A DNA stretch of 64,000 bases from Paraspadella gotoi (Eukaryota > Animalia > Chaetognatha), in contig CM119266.1 in the NCBI GenBank assembly GCA_051294375.1, positions 8,394,606 to 8,458,605 on the forward strand. Reading direction: 5' to 3'. Shown here in pieces: positions 14,269 to 64,000 of the stretch. The first letter of the stretch is position 1, and the number at the start of each line of letters is the position of its first letter. The translations under genes were made by a program, and so were the position numbers. A model generated the notes under the pieces. It did not search any database, was not told where the DNA came from, and saw only the letters and a list, made by a program, of their open reading frames with translations.

Positions 14269-14936
14269 TTGAATATGAAGGAGGATCTTCGTTCATTGGC
14301 GTAACATCAATTAACTTTATCGATTCGCTTGCCGTCAAATAAAATCCTGGACGATTTTCCTATGCGACTTAAATTTATTAACCTTAATAATGATAAAAAT
14401 AATAATTATTTTAAAAATAATATAATAATGATCTTAATTTAAATTAAAATAATATAATTTAATTAGGATAAAAGTAATAATATTAAATTATTAATAATAT
14501 AATAATAATGGTGATAATTGGAAAAAATATCTATGATTTGGAAATTGTGATCTTAAATCTTTCTTTTTAGGATTTCTGAATTGAAAGACTTATTTTGATT
14601 TCTCTATTAAATTTTATAATAACTTTCTTTTTACTCACTTTCTTCTCTAGTCCTCTCTTTATCTTTTTAAATAGCCATTACTATCACCAAAATCATTGCC
14701 TTTTAAAACAAGATTTTGTTATTTATCCCTAAAAACTTGTTTATCCCAACAAAATCCTGTTTGGTGTCGGACTAAATCAAATGGAATTTCAAAAACTGGT
14801 TTTATTTCCCTCAGAGAGAGAGAGAGAGAGAAAGATTTATCTTTCAACTCAGGATTTTCAAAGTTTAAAATCGACTGAGTCTCAGCTGAGAGAGAGCGAC
14901 TGCCTCTTAATCTCTTCTTCCCATAACTCTCTCTCT

Positions 14937-14976
<40 letters not shown>

Positions 14977-15069
14977 CCTCGCTTTGTTTTGCACTCCACC
15001 AAGGCCGAATAAGCATCATAAAACTAAAACAACTTTCAAAACAAACTGTCTCTCTCTCTATATCTCTCT

Positions 15070-15101
<32 letters not shown>

Positions 15102-15280
15102 CCGCTAATTAAACGGGCAATTTGCCTCGTCTTCAACAGAACCCTAACAATCGTCGACATTTTTGCTTCTACTCAATTTTTCAAAAATATATCGAAATAA
15201 TTAAAACAGATTTTAACAAAAAATATAGATTTCTTTAAATATAATAATTTTTTATTATCTATTAGTTACACAATACACAG

Positions 15281-18200
15281 TGTTTCCGCCTTTTTCGGAC
15301 AAAGAGATGTTCCAATTTTCATTCTGGATACCCTACTTACGTACGAGCTTGATCCCAAATATATACTTATTCATTTTTATCCAAACTTTATTATAACTTT
15401 TGATTTACTTTTCTCCCGGTCTCTTTGTCCATTTTTGACATTCTTAATTGACTCTCTGATAGATTTTACTATGTCAAACTTTTTGCGTCCAATTTTTTTT
15501 GCCAGAAATAAACTTATTTGTTAGAACTTTATTCTTCTTATCTTTTTGCTATAAAATAAAAAATGTTGACTCACGCGACAAAAGAGTTTTGATCTTTAAA
15601 TCTTTTTTTTTATCTCGGTGGATTATCGACGTCACTCGATCTCTCAACGAATTTTAAATATTTTTTTTATTATTATTATAATTATTTGTCATCATTCTGC
15701 AATGATGGCATTTTTTTAACTTCGATTTAAAAAAAAATTAAATCTCTGTAAAACTAAAAGTTAACCTCCAGTATCACGAATGTCAACAAATAATTATTAT
15801 ACATTAAAAAGTAGTAAAAATTCTAAATTTAACTTAGATTAAAATTTTAAAATTGAGAAACGAACATTAATTTTCTCTAATTTCCTGCTTCACTTCTATT
15901 TCTTTCTCTTTTCCTTTATCTCTGTCTATCTTTCCCTCCGCCTGTCTATGCCTGTGTCTTTCTGTCTTTCTGTCTCTTTTTCTCTCTTTCGTTTCTCTCT
16001 CTCTCTTTCTTCCTCGCTCTCTCTCTCTATCGCGTGCTTTTACTGACTTTTGCCCCCAGAATCTCGGTCAAGAGCAACGAGACATTGAAGGTCGTCGCTG
16101 ACAAAATTGATAGGTTGGTTGGTTGGCCGCTTGATTGTTTGATTGACTCGCTAATTACTCAATTCGCATTTATTAGGTTGGTTTTTTTTACCATGGGCTT
16201 GTTGACTGATTCAAAATTGACTAGACTGTTTATGACCAACTAAAAGTTATATAAATTAATCAGATTTTTCATTTTCGTTTGATTTTTTTATGATTCATTT
16301 CTGTTAGTTTTTATACTTATACTAATTTTTATATTTTTATCTCTCAATTCTTTCTTTATGAAAAAGACATATTCGGATAGCTTAACACGAGTAATTCTTT
16401 GGAAAACTTTAGAGGTTATCCCATAAATTTTAAATATTTCCCAAAAAAGGAACAAAAAATGTTTCATTTTTATTTTTTACGTTTCCCTAAAGATGAAATT
16501 CAAACGCTAAGCGGAGTTTTTTTCTGGCTTTTATTTAATTATTTTTTAACCTCTCAATACGGTTTAAAATGAAAATTTTTAAAGAGAAAAATGATTCAAT
16601 AACGTTTAAAACCACTTCAAAATGCAGTTTAAAAATAATTTACTAGTAATGGTTCTTATCGGGTGTAGAAAAAAAATTAATTTGAAAATCATTTTGGCAT
16701 TACTCATTTTGCGGATCGTTTGCGGATGAATATCCCGAACAATCAAGTGCGTATTATATAATATCCAATCATTATATTTAATTGAATGTAGTGATTCCCA
16801 TGATTCCCTTTATATTTTAAAGCAGTTTTTCAAAAACTCGTACAGTAAAAACCTTTTTAGAACAAATTTGTTTTAATCCATGCTTGTAATCCAGTTGTTT
16901 ATCAATTATTTAAAAAAAAAGGTAAATTCATTCATTAAAGTTCCTGGAAATACTCGACAAAGTGCATGTCGTGAAATTAGAAAAGAAAAGCCTTATAAAT
17001 CTCCATAAAGAAATGATTTTTGACAACGATATTGCTTGAGACGCGTTCCGATGATAGTCCCCCTAATTTAATTAAAAAGCATATATATTTTTGTTACGAT
17101 GGATACACTTTTCCGTAGAAAAAAAAATTATTTCGATGATTAGTTTGAAGGTGTAAGGAAAAGTAAACCAGAATCTATAGAAGGAAATGAGAGAAAGGAA
17201 AGAGGAAAAAAAAGGAAAAAAGAAAGGGAAAGTACAGGACGAGAAAAAGAAGACGGAAAGGAGATCGACGAGAAAAAAAAACAGATAATAGGAAACAAAT
17301 GACACAATAGGAATAGAAAAAATGCAGAGGTGAGTTGGTCAGAAAGTGCGAAAAGAAAGCAAAAAACGAAAAACGGAGGAAGAATTAGAGGAGATGCAGC
17401 GAGAAAAGTGGAATTTATAAAAAAACAACAATCGAATAGCGAGAGAGAGAGAGAGAGAGAGAGTGAAGGAGAGAAGAAGAGAGCTGTGCGGGAGAAGGAG
17501 ATGGTGAGAGACGAGACGAGAGAGAAGAAGCGAGGAGAGAAGAGAGAGGACTAAGAGAGATGAGAGCAAAAAGGCGACTTGAAGGGCAAAGGGGTTCACT
17601 CTTATTTCCGTGAAACGACCAACTTTAGCGCTTTCCTGGTGACAACAACGACACAACAACACAACCAACACAACAAAGATAAATTGAAAGATCGAGGTCG
17701 ACCGCAAACAAAAAAACGACGAAAAGAAGAAGGGAATGAAAGAAAAGAAACAATGACACATCAACAGGAAAACTTGGGCTTGCGGGCGGAATGGGGGAGG
17801 AGAGAGAGAGCAGAGACGACGAAGAGAGAGAGAGAGAGAGAGAGAAGAGAGAGAGAGTGAGAGAAGAGAGAGAGAGAGAGAGGAGAGAGAGAGGGCGTGG
17901 GAGTTAAGTAAAACATCTCATTCATTGTGTTCATTCTTCTCTCATCTCTCTCTCTCTCACTATAACAAAAAATTAGAAAATTCAGCGGTTTAAAGTTTGT
18001 AAATACTCTTAAACGTAAACATTTTAAGTGTTTTTTATAAAATTTACGTTCTGGCCGCAGGCAACATAAAAAGTAAAAATATTATCATTAAATCATAGGA
18101 AAGGACGAAGGAGTAAAACTTTTATAAAATACTTTAGTGTATTGTAAAAAAATTGCAGAAAGAAAACTGAGAAATATTACATAAATATTGCACGCATAAT

Positions 18201-18600
18201 AAATTTAAATAAATAGGGTTCATATACGAATTTTTAACTTTAAAAATATTATAAGATATAATCTTGTAAATTCTTTAAACTTTTCTTCGTTCAAAGCAAT
18301 CGAAATTAAAATGTTATTTTTTTTTTTCAGAAAATAATGAAGATGAATATTAAGCGAAATAAAAAGCCATAATTAAACATTGAAATTAAAAATGAGTTAA
18401 AACAAATTTTTTTTTGTATCATCGAAAAATAACTAATGGAACCGATATCTGATTAGATCTTCATCATCGTCATCCTTTTCGTCTTCGTCTTCGCGTCGTC
18501 ATCGTCGTTCTTCATCGTCTCGTCTTCCTTTCGCGTCCCCCAGAAATCGAATACAAACAACGAATCTCGCGATTTCGAGCAGATGTTAGGTCACGGTGGT

Positions 18601-18697
<97 letters not shown>

Positions 18698-18878
18698 AGG
18701 AGAGAGGGGTCACGCTCGCGCTGCGCGCACGCGAAATGGGGAGACAAAGGAAAGGGCGACTGAGAGAGAGAGAGACAATCTTATCGTTCTTCATATTATG
18801 TGACGGGAAATTCGATTAGCGGATGAAAAGTCAGAAAAAAAGAGAGAGAGAGAGAGGAGAGAGGAGAGAGATGAGAGA

Positions 18879-18917
<39 letters not shown>

Positions 18918-19658
18918 GAGAGAGAGAGAGAGAGAAAAAAAAATTCNNNNNNNNNNNNNNNNNNNNNNNNNCGAAAATCGCGAGATTCGTTGTTTGTATT
19001 CGATTCTGGGACGCGGAAAGGAAGACGACGATGAAGACGACGATGACGACGACGAAGACGAAGACGAAAAGGATGACGATGATGAAGATCTAATCAGATA
19101 TCGGTTCCATTAGTTATTTTTCGATGATAACAAAAAAAATTCTGTTTTAACTCATTTTAATTTCAATGTTTAATTATGGCTTTTTATTTCGCTTAATTCA
19201 TCTTCAATTATTTTCTGAAAAAAAAAATAACATTTTAATTTCGATTCTTTTGAACGAAGACAAAGTTTTAAGAAATTTACAAGATTATTTATCTTATAAT
19301 ATTTTTTAAAGTTTAAAAATTCGTATATGAACCTATTTATTTAAATTTATTATGCGTGCAATATTTATGTAATATTTCTCAGTTTCTTTCTGCAATTTTT
19401 TTTACAATACACTAAAGTATTTTTATAAAACGTTTTACTCCCTTTTCGTCCTTCCTATGATTTAATGATATTTTTTTTACTTTTATTTCCTGCGCCATGA
19501 ATCGTAAATTTTATAACGAAAAACACTTTAAAATTGTTTACGTTTTAAGAGTATTTACAAACTTTTAAACCCTGAATTTTCTAATTTTTTGTTATAGTGA
19601 GAGAGAGAGAGATAGAGAGAGAATGAACAATGAATGAGATGTTTTACTTACTCCCACG

Positions 19659-19701
<43 letters not shown>

Positions 19702-20120
19702 CTCTCTCTCTCTCCTCTCTCTCTCCTCCATTCCGCCCCAAGCCAGTTTTCTGTTGATGTTCATTTGTTTCTCTTCTCATCTTTTTTTCGGTTTTTTTGC
19801 GTCGACCTCATTTTTCAATTATCTTTTTTGTTGTTGTGTGTTCTGTTTGTTGTGGTTTGTTGTCACCGGAAGCGCTTAAGAGTTGTCGTTCACGATAAGA
19901 GTGAACCGCCTTTGCCCTTCAGTCCTTTTTGCTCTCTTACTTTCTTTTAACTTCAACTGTCTTCTTTCCCTTTCTTGTTTTCATATTCATATCGTGATTG
20001 TCTACTTTCCAGGTTAGAGATTTCATATCTTCCATTTCTTACTTTGTTTTTTTTCTTTCCAGAGTGCAGATCATTTCCAGGCAAATCGTCTTGATTCGCG
20101 AAAGGGGGCTTTTACCCTGA
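15281..20120 (+). other. Chain of small exon-like islands (unidentified gene or multi-exon 5'UTR/lncRNA)
   Basis: CAG|15281-15340|GTACGA, CAG|16060-16113|GTTGGT and CAG|20063-TGA ~20120 join in phase 2 to VSAFFGQRDVPIFILDTLLTISVKSNETLKVVADKIDRVQIISRQIVLIRERGLLP*. No start exon identified. Confidence 0.3.
17580..19935. repeat. Inverted duplication (17580-18580 vs 18972-19935) around 25-N gap 18947-18971; probable assembly artefact
   Basis: Arms are reverse complements differing mostly by 1-nt indels. Confidence 0.9.
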
Positions 20121-20407
20121 AGTGAACCAGACCCTTTTTTTCCTCCTGGTTGTTCCTTTTTTTATTTTATCCTTTCTCACTTTTCATCCCTCGTTTAACT
20201 CTTTATGCTTTATACTCTCAGTCTTCCCCTTTCTTCTTTTCTCTTATTACCTTCCATCGTAACCATTTTCTTTTCCTCCCTTCCTCCTCTTCACTTCTTA
20301 CCTCCCTCTCTTCTCCTTTCCTTTCTTCACTCCCCCCCCCTCTTTCCAAAGGCTCAAAAGGAGAAAACGCAATTTCGCGCTGCGTCAAGCAAAGATTTTT
20401 TTGGCGG

Positions 20408-20482
<75 letters not shown>

Positions 20483-20488
20483 CTAGGG

Positions 20489-21177
20489 NNNNNNNNNNNN
20501 NNNNNNNNNNNNNNNNNNNNNNNNNNNNNNNNNNNNNNNNNNNNNNNNNNNNNNNNNNNNNNNNNNNNNNNNNNNNNNNNNNNNNNNNNNNNNNNNNNNN
20601 NNNNNNNNNNNNNNNNNNNNNNNNNNNNNNNNNNNNNNNNNNNNNNNNNNNNNNNNNNNNNNNNNNNNNNNNNNNNNNNNNNNNNNNNNNNNNNNNNNNN
20701 NNNNNNNNNNNNNNNNNNNNNNNNNNNNNNNNNNNNNNNNNNNNNNNNNNNNNNNNNNNNNNNNNNNNNNNNNNNNNNNNNNNNNNNNNNNNNNNNNNNN
20801 NNNNNNNNNNNNNNNNNNNNNNNNNNNNNNNNNNNNNNNNNNNNNNNNNNNNNNNNNNNNNNNNNNNNNNNNNNNNNNNNNNNNNNNNNNNNNNNNNNNN
20901 NNNNNNNNNNNNNNNNNNNNNNNNNNNNNNNNNNNNNNNNNNNNNNNNNNNNNNNNNNNNNNNNNNNNNNNNNNNNNNNNNNNNNNNNNNNNNNNNNNNN
21001 NNNNNNNNNNNNNNNNNNNNNNNNNNNNNNNNNNNNNNNNNNNNNNNNNNNNNNNNNNNNNNNNNNNNNNNNNNNNNNNNNNNNNNNNNNNNNNNNNNNN
21101 NNNNNNNNNNNNNNNNNNNNNNNNNNNNNNNNNNNNNNNNNNNNNNNNNNNNNNNNNNNNNNNNNNNNNNNNNNNNN
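20489..21177. other. Assembly gap (689 N)
   Basis: Run of N. Confidence 1.
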
Positions 21178-21771
21178 GAAAAAAAGTAAAATCGACAATC
21201 ATGTTTTTAATTATAAAATAAATCAACTAAAAAGAAACGATCATCTTGAAATTTACTACGTAGATTTAAAATTTGCGCTTTTACCAAATAAACATCAGTT
21301 ATTATTGATTAAAATTAGCAAAAAAACTGGGTAAAACAATATATCAACGGAAAAAGAAAAAAAAAGAATTAAAGCCTGAACACTTAAAAAATATGAGATG
21401 AGTGAAAAGCTGACTGACTGGTGACTAATATCTCCTCTCTCTCTCTCTCTCTCACGCATTCTTCTTTCTCACGCATTGCTTAAATATTTAATATTTATTT
21501 ATGCATCATTCTCGACTGATTCCGCTCTTCCAAATCCCTAGATTCTCAGGATGAATAATTGCAGAGTAAATACTCTTCAAACTTAATCATCATAAAGTTC
21601 AAAGAAGCCTTTACCAGAAAATTCGAAACCACAAAAATAATCAGAAACCAAAAAAAACAAAAACAAAATCAAAGTTGCAATCGTCCGGATCGAAAAAAAA
21701 AGAAACAAAAAGAAAAACGATCGCCACCGATCGTAGTCAAAATTGATTCAACAAAAGACAAACGCGAAAAA

Positions 21772-59077
<37,306 letters not shown>

Positions 59078-60889
59078 GGAGGAGGAGGAGGAGGAGGAAG
59101 AAGAGGATGTCGGAGGAAGCGATCGAGGCGAGCAGATGAGGAGGAGGAGGAAGAAGAGGAGGAGGAGGAGGATGAAAGGAATTGCAGATGGAGGAGGACG
59201 ACGACGACGACGTCGACGAAACCGATTGATCGAGACTCTCGAACGAACATTTCAACTTAGTCGCAAATTTCACCTTCGATCGAGAGAAGAAATTGCACCG
59301 GTTCCGGGTCCCCCCTCGATGACCCCTCACTCGAACGGACCTGACCTTTTTTTATTCTATCCGACCCGACACGACCCGACGTCCCTCACCCTCCCGCACG
59401 TGAACCGCACAATCATTTTTCCCGTCGCACTCACCTTTTTAATTTCATATTGTTGATTATTACAATTTCTATTTTCTGTGTAAATAAAAATATGAATACC
59501 ATGAGAAAAAAAATTCATTTTTTTCGGTGCAGAGAGAGAGAGNNNNNNNNNNNNNNNNNNNNNNNNNGGCGAGGGAAGGTTGAGTACGTTCCAGGAGCTA
59601 GGAAGCAGTGTGGAAGCGACGAGAGGTGAGAGAGACGTCCAGGTAAGCGGTTTGGGATGTGAGCCGCAGAGTCATTAAGTCGAGGAACGGGATTCTCGCC
59701 ATCCCATCGCGGTCTATTGAAGGGATGGAGACGCGGCGTTCCAACCGCTATGCCGGTCGTAAGGAGGGGGGGCAGAAGGCTTACCTTCACCGCGCCCGAG
59801 TCTTGTACCCCGAGGAGGAATTAGAGTCGCAGAGTCGGATAGTCGTGAACAGAGAAGGAAAGAGGCTTGCCATTGGCATGTTCACCTGGCGGGCGGGCGG
59901 CTGAGGCGTTTCCCGACGAGTATCCAAGAGCATGGTTGTCGAAACTACAGCGCAGAGGGAGCCGCGTGATAACGGCAAAAACCTTCCCGCGATCGTGCCG
60001 GGCCCATGGCGGGGCCGAGAACATCCTTTTAGGCGAGACAATCAACGCGGCTTTTGATTGCGGCACCCTTGCCGATCTTTCGGCTAGTCGCCGGAGAGTG
60101 AAAGTGAGGCAATATTCACACTTGATTTCCGTGCTCGGACAGGCATGAATCTGTCGGGGAGAGAGGACACGTTATCTGACCGATGCGTCCGTAATAGGAA
60201 GGACTTGAGGCGCGACTCGATGCCTTTTTCCATGTCTCCGGGGGAGTTGTGTAATTAGAACGGGGCGGTTTGTATCCCGTGGAGGCTGCTCGTAGGGTGT
60301 CGTTCCGGGGAGTTAGGTGTGGTTTCGTACTGGGCGTTCTCCTGGTACGTGCGACGGCGGGTGGGCCGAGGCGAGTTATATTTCTTACGGGGTAGACGTC
60401 AACTTGTGTGTATATATATATATATTAGGTTCGTAAAGCCTGAAGTGGAGAAAAGCCGGGATGTATAAATCGCGCTCGCATTCTGTAGTGTATCACGATG
60501 GGCGTCTCTTCGTGTAGTCCGGTAGAAGAGACGATGTTGTGGCGAAGCCATTCGCGTCGAAATCTCGCAGAGATCGGTTGCGTGGTTCGGCAAAATTTGG
60601 ACCGTAGCATGAGTCGCCGTTGAGGCGTCGACACGATCAACCAATGAAGAGAAGAGAAAGGAGAGAGAGAGGAGAGAGAAGAGAAGAAGGAAAGAAAGAG
60701 AGAGAGAGAGAGAACAAAGACTGGCAGTAACCATAATTTTTATATTTTTTTCCTAATTTCAAAACCAATAAAACATAAAAATTTAGAAAATCTTGTATTA
60801 ATAATTTTTTTATTTATTTTTTCAAGCTCTACCTGAATCCGTTTTAAAAATATATATAGTAAAGATAAGCTTTTTAAAAGGCTCTATGA

Positions 60890-61530
60890 AATTGGTACAA
60901 CCAATATAAAAATTATCCATTCATTTAATAAAATAGGCTATCTTGCCCCTGACTTTGGACAGGCTTTTGGTGGTTAAAGCCTCCATCACTCTACAAGATA
61001 ATACATAGCAGGTCCCTCAGGCTTTCAATCAAGAACTCTCACAGCTCCGTTTATTAACTCCCAGAGTACCTATCAATGAAGTGGAAATATATTTCAAAAG
61101 AATGTTTAATTGTATGAAAAGACCACTCAACCTTAAGTTTAAGTCATCGGGAATACTATTGGTACTCCGCACTAGCACAAAATACAAGGAGCTGAATTTT
61201 AATGAAATGGTACAAACCAAATATAAAAATATCCATTCATTAAATTAAATAAGCATCTTGCCCTGACTTTGGACACAGGCCTTTGGTGGTTTAAGGCCTC
61301 CATCGACTCTTACAAGATAATTACAGTAGCAGGGTCCTGCAAGCTTTCAATCAAGACCTCTACACAGTCCCCGTTTATTTTTCACTCCAGAGTATCTGGC
61401 TTCCCTATCAATTGAAGTGAAAATATTTCAGAAGAATGTTTCAATTTGTATGCAAAAAGACCACTTCCCTTAAGTATTAGATCGGGGAAATACTTATGTA
61501 ATCTCCGCACAAGCATCAAAAATACAAAAG
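60890..61530. repeat. Two tandem ~315-bp copies homologous to 52305-52560
   Basis: Shared atcttgcccctgactt(t)ggacaggc..gcctccatcactctacaagataat..atcaagaactct..actcccagagtacctatcaatgaa. Confidence 0.85.
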
Positions 61531-63156
61531 GAGGTTATTACTATAGCATAAATCTATAATTTTTTTGTAATTTCGTTATCACCACAGGGATGCTCTGGAC
61601 GCTAATTTATATATTAACAGAAACTCTTTAGTTTTTAACTTTGTTCCGCCTATAATGCTTATATCGCAGGGCGAAATGCCCGACTGGTTGGTTTATAAAT
61701 AACTTGACAAGGCCCTTACAAGCCATTCCTAGTCCTCACCCTCCCAAAACCTCTCGAAACGCTTGGAGTTTCGGCAGCCGTGAATTCGGCTCCCCACACC
61801 CAGCACCGCGCGAAAAGGGGTGTTTCCGGTGCCGGAGGGGAAGGAAAAACGGCGAAGTCAGGCGGGGTCGAAATCCATCGAGTACCGCGGAGCCAAGAGA
61901 CCCATGACAGATCCGTCCCGTCCCCTCACCGCAGATTCAAAAATTCCTAAATCTACGTCGGGAAAGAGAAAGGCAAACCCACTTCAGCCCCGTCTAGAGG
62001 ACTCAGCGTCACGCGAGGTCCACCACTTGTACAAGGGTTCAACACCCTCGCGAAACTGAGACAAGATGGCGTCGGCGTCGCTTTCCGCCGAACTCCGTGT
62101 TGGCATGACGATGAGAGGGCGCCAGAAAGGCTTGAGGCGGGAGGAAGATAGTGAAAGAGGAGATGGAAGAGGAGGCGGCAGTGGAGGGATATGGAGATCC
62201 CTCCCAGCCGAGACGGGGATTTTGTAATGACTGCAAAGGAAAGAATTTTAGAAGTTGAAAATCGAATTTGAGTGAAAATTCGCGGGTTGGAAATTTTGGG
62301 TGGGAAAAAAATTAAAAAAAAAAGGAGTAAATGCAAGTTGAGAGGAAAATTGTTGGGAAATCCAAGCAGAGAGGGGAAGGTGAGTAGTTTATTTTTTTAG
62401 TTCCAGTTTTTCACTCTTCTCACTAGCGCGAGCCACACGGAGCTTCTTTCCTATCCCACTCTTTTTTTATTTTTTCATCCCCTGTTCCCCTCTCTTCATC
62501 GAGTTTTCAGGAATTTGTTCACCAAAAGAGCAGAGAGAGAGATCATTTGATTCCGGAGTCCTTGGGGGAGCAGTAAGGCTTTTTCTTGATCTACCCCACC
62601 ATTTATTTATTGGCAGACTTATTCAAGTCTCATTTATTCCTCCCGTCCCTTAGAGAACACCGACGACTTCCGCACCAGCCAGCCACAGCCAAGATGAATA
62701 ATCAGCAAAGAACAAAATTTATACAAAAGCAAAAACCACGACAACTAAAACTAAAAAATCAATTTAAAAAGAAAAGAAACAAGAAGAATAACCTGTTTTT
62801 CGATAAGATCGCTTCCGCCCAACTGCCGAAGACAAGATTTAAGGAAAACGGTGGAAATGATGTAATGACCAGAGCGGACCCAAATCGCAAAAAAATTTTT
62901 CGCTGACACATCGATGAGGAAAGAAATTCAATCTTGAAAATGGATGAACGTCAGCACGAAATCCAGACGTCACTTGGGGCAACGCAATCGTCGTGCACAG
63001 TGGCGTGCGCCCACACACGCAACGCCAGCTCGCACACAGACCGGGATGCTTGGCCGCAAAAAAATCGTACACAGATCGACACCGCGCTGAATAGACATTA
63101 CTTATCAGTCATATAAGAAACCAAGTCTGATTGAACAAATTGATACTAAAAAAATA

Positions 63157-63550
63157 AAATTTGAGAAAAGAAAATTAATTTATAAACAAAGAAAAATTAA
63201 TTTTGCGATTGTAAATTAAAAAAATATAATAATACCGAGGAGAATTAATATGTTCTAAATATAAAACTATACAAAAAGTAGTTTTTCTTTTGGTCATTGT
63301 CAATTTCATCTGTCATAAAACTGATTTTCAGCAGAAACGGCAGTCCCCTGAGAAAAAGAAAAATTTGAGTAGAAGGGGAAAGAAAATTTTAATTTATAAA
63401 CAAAAGAAAAAATTTCTTTTTTTGTGATTGTCAAATTAAAAAAAATAATAAAAGTATCGAGAGAAAATAAAGTTACAGTTTTCTGAAAAAAAAAAAGAAA
63501 AAAATTATTTTCAAAAAATCAACTTTCAGGCAGATGCAGCCCTGAGAAAA
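63157..63550. repeat. Two ~200-bp tandem AT-rich units
   Basis: aatttgag..agaaaat..aatttataaacaaa..gattgt.aaattaaaaaaa..gcag.ccctgagaaaaa occurs twice. Confidence 0.7.
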
Positions 63551-64000
63551 AACAAGTTGACAAACAATGTCGGATCTTGCCTACGATAATTAATTAATTG
63601 ATTTAATTAATAAATTTTAAAAATTAATTTAATTTATAAAATTATTCATCGAGACTTGTCATCACCTCGATGTCATAAAAAATTTGAAAGTCAGGACAGT
63701 TATTAAATGTTTTGGTTTTAACATTTTATATCAAAAAACAAAACAAATTCTGATCCCATATTTTTTATTTTTATGTCCTCCCTTCTCTCTCTCTCGTCAC
63801 AGGTCTCTCTCTCTCTTCTTTCCCCTCTCTCCTCTCTTTTTATGCAATTGCGACGATCCTTATAGCTTTTAAGATATTTTTTTAACTTGCATCATTTTTT
63901 CAACTTGCATAATTTTTTCAACTTGCATTCCGTCAAAACTTTATCTTGCCTTCCACTACTTTCCTACCGGCTCACAAGAAGTTTGAATCGAATGCGGCGA

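Noticed and set aside
20150-21334. Long ORFs of 247-394 aa
   Set aside because: Created by the 689-N gap.
59568-60400. GC-rich, foreign-looking segment (possible HGT or contaminant)
   Set aside because: Adjacent to a 25-N gap, no coherent ORF or recognisable motif; resembles low-quality raw long-read sequence.
62560-63116. Possible + strand small gene (GTAAGG intron 62573-62653, ORF fragments)
   Set aside because: Frames inconsistent and no recognisable domain; insufficient support.

Overview
Eukaryotic, probably animal, genomic scaffold from a ciliated organism. It has AT-rich introns and abundant (AG/CT)n microsatellites, and it is a noisy long-read/gap-filled assembly. Manual GT-AG exon assembly gives: (1) the 3' part of a REEP/DP1/Yop1 (TB2_DP1_HVA22)-like membrane protein gene (+, 95-1744); (2) a 14-exon ARMC9 ciliary LisH/ARM gene (-, 12391-3895), with a perfect RFX X-box and a 32-bp-phased CCAAT array upstream; (3) a long TBCEL (tubulin cofactor E-like, LRR+UBL) gene (+, ~21772-59077); (4) a divergent BTB-BACK gene with a ~800-aa low-complexity/Cys-motif N-terminus, nested antisense in a TBCEL intron (-, ~43824-38853). 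Four of the five 25-N gaps sit at the centre of indel-rich inverted duplications (0.5-8 kb arms) that are most likely fold-back assembly artefacts. The most unusual candidate biology is tiny ORF genes with 23-33-nt GT-AG micro-introns, and three independent tandem repeats that each amplify an exon end plus its splice donor. All gene identities are from remembered family motifs; no database search was run.
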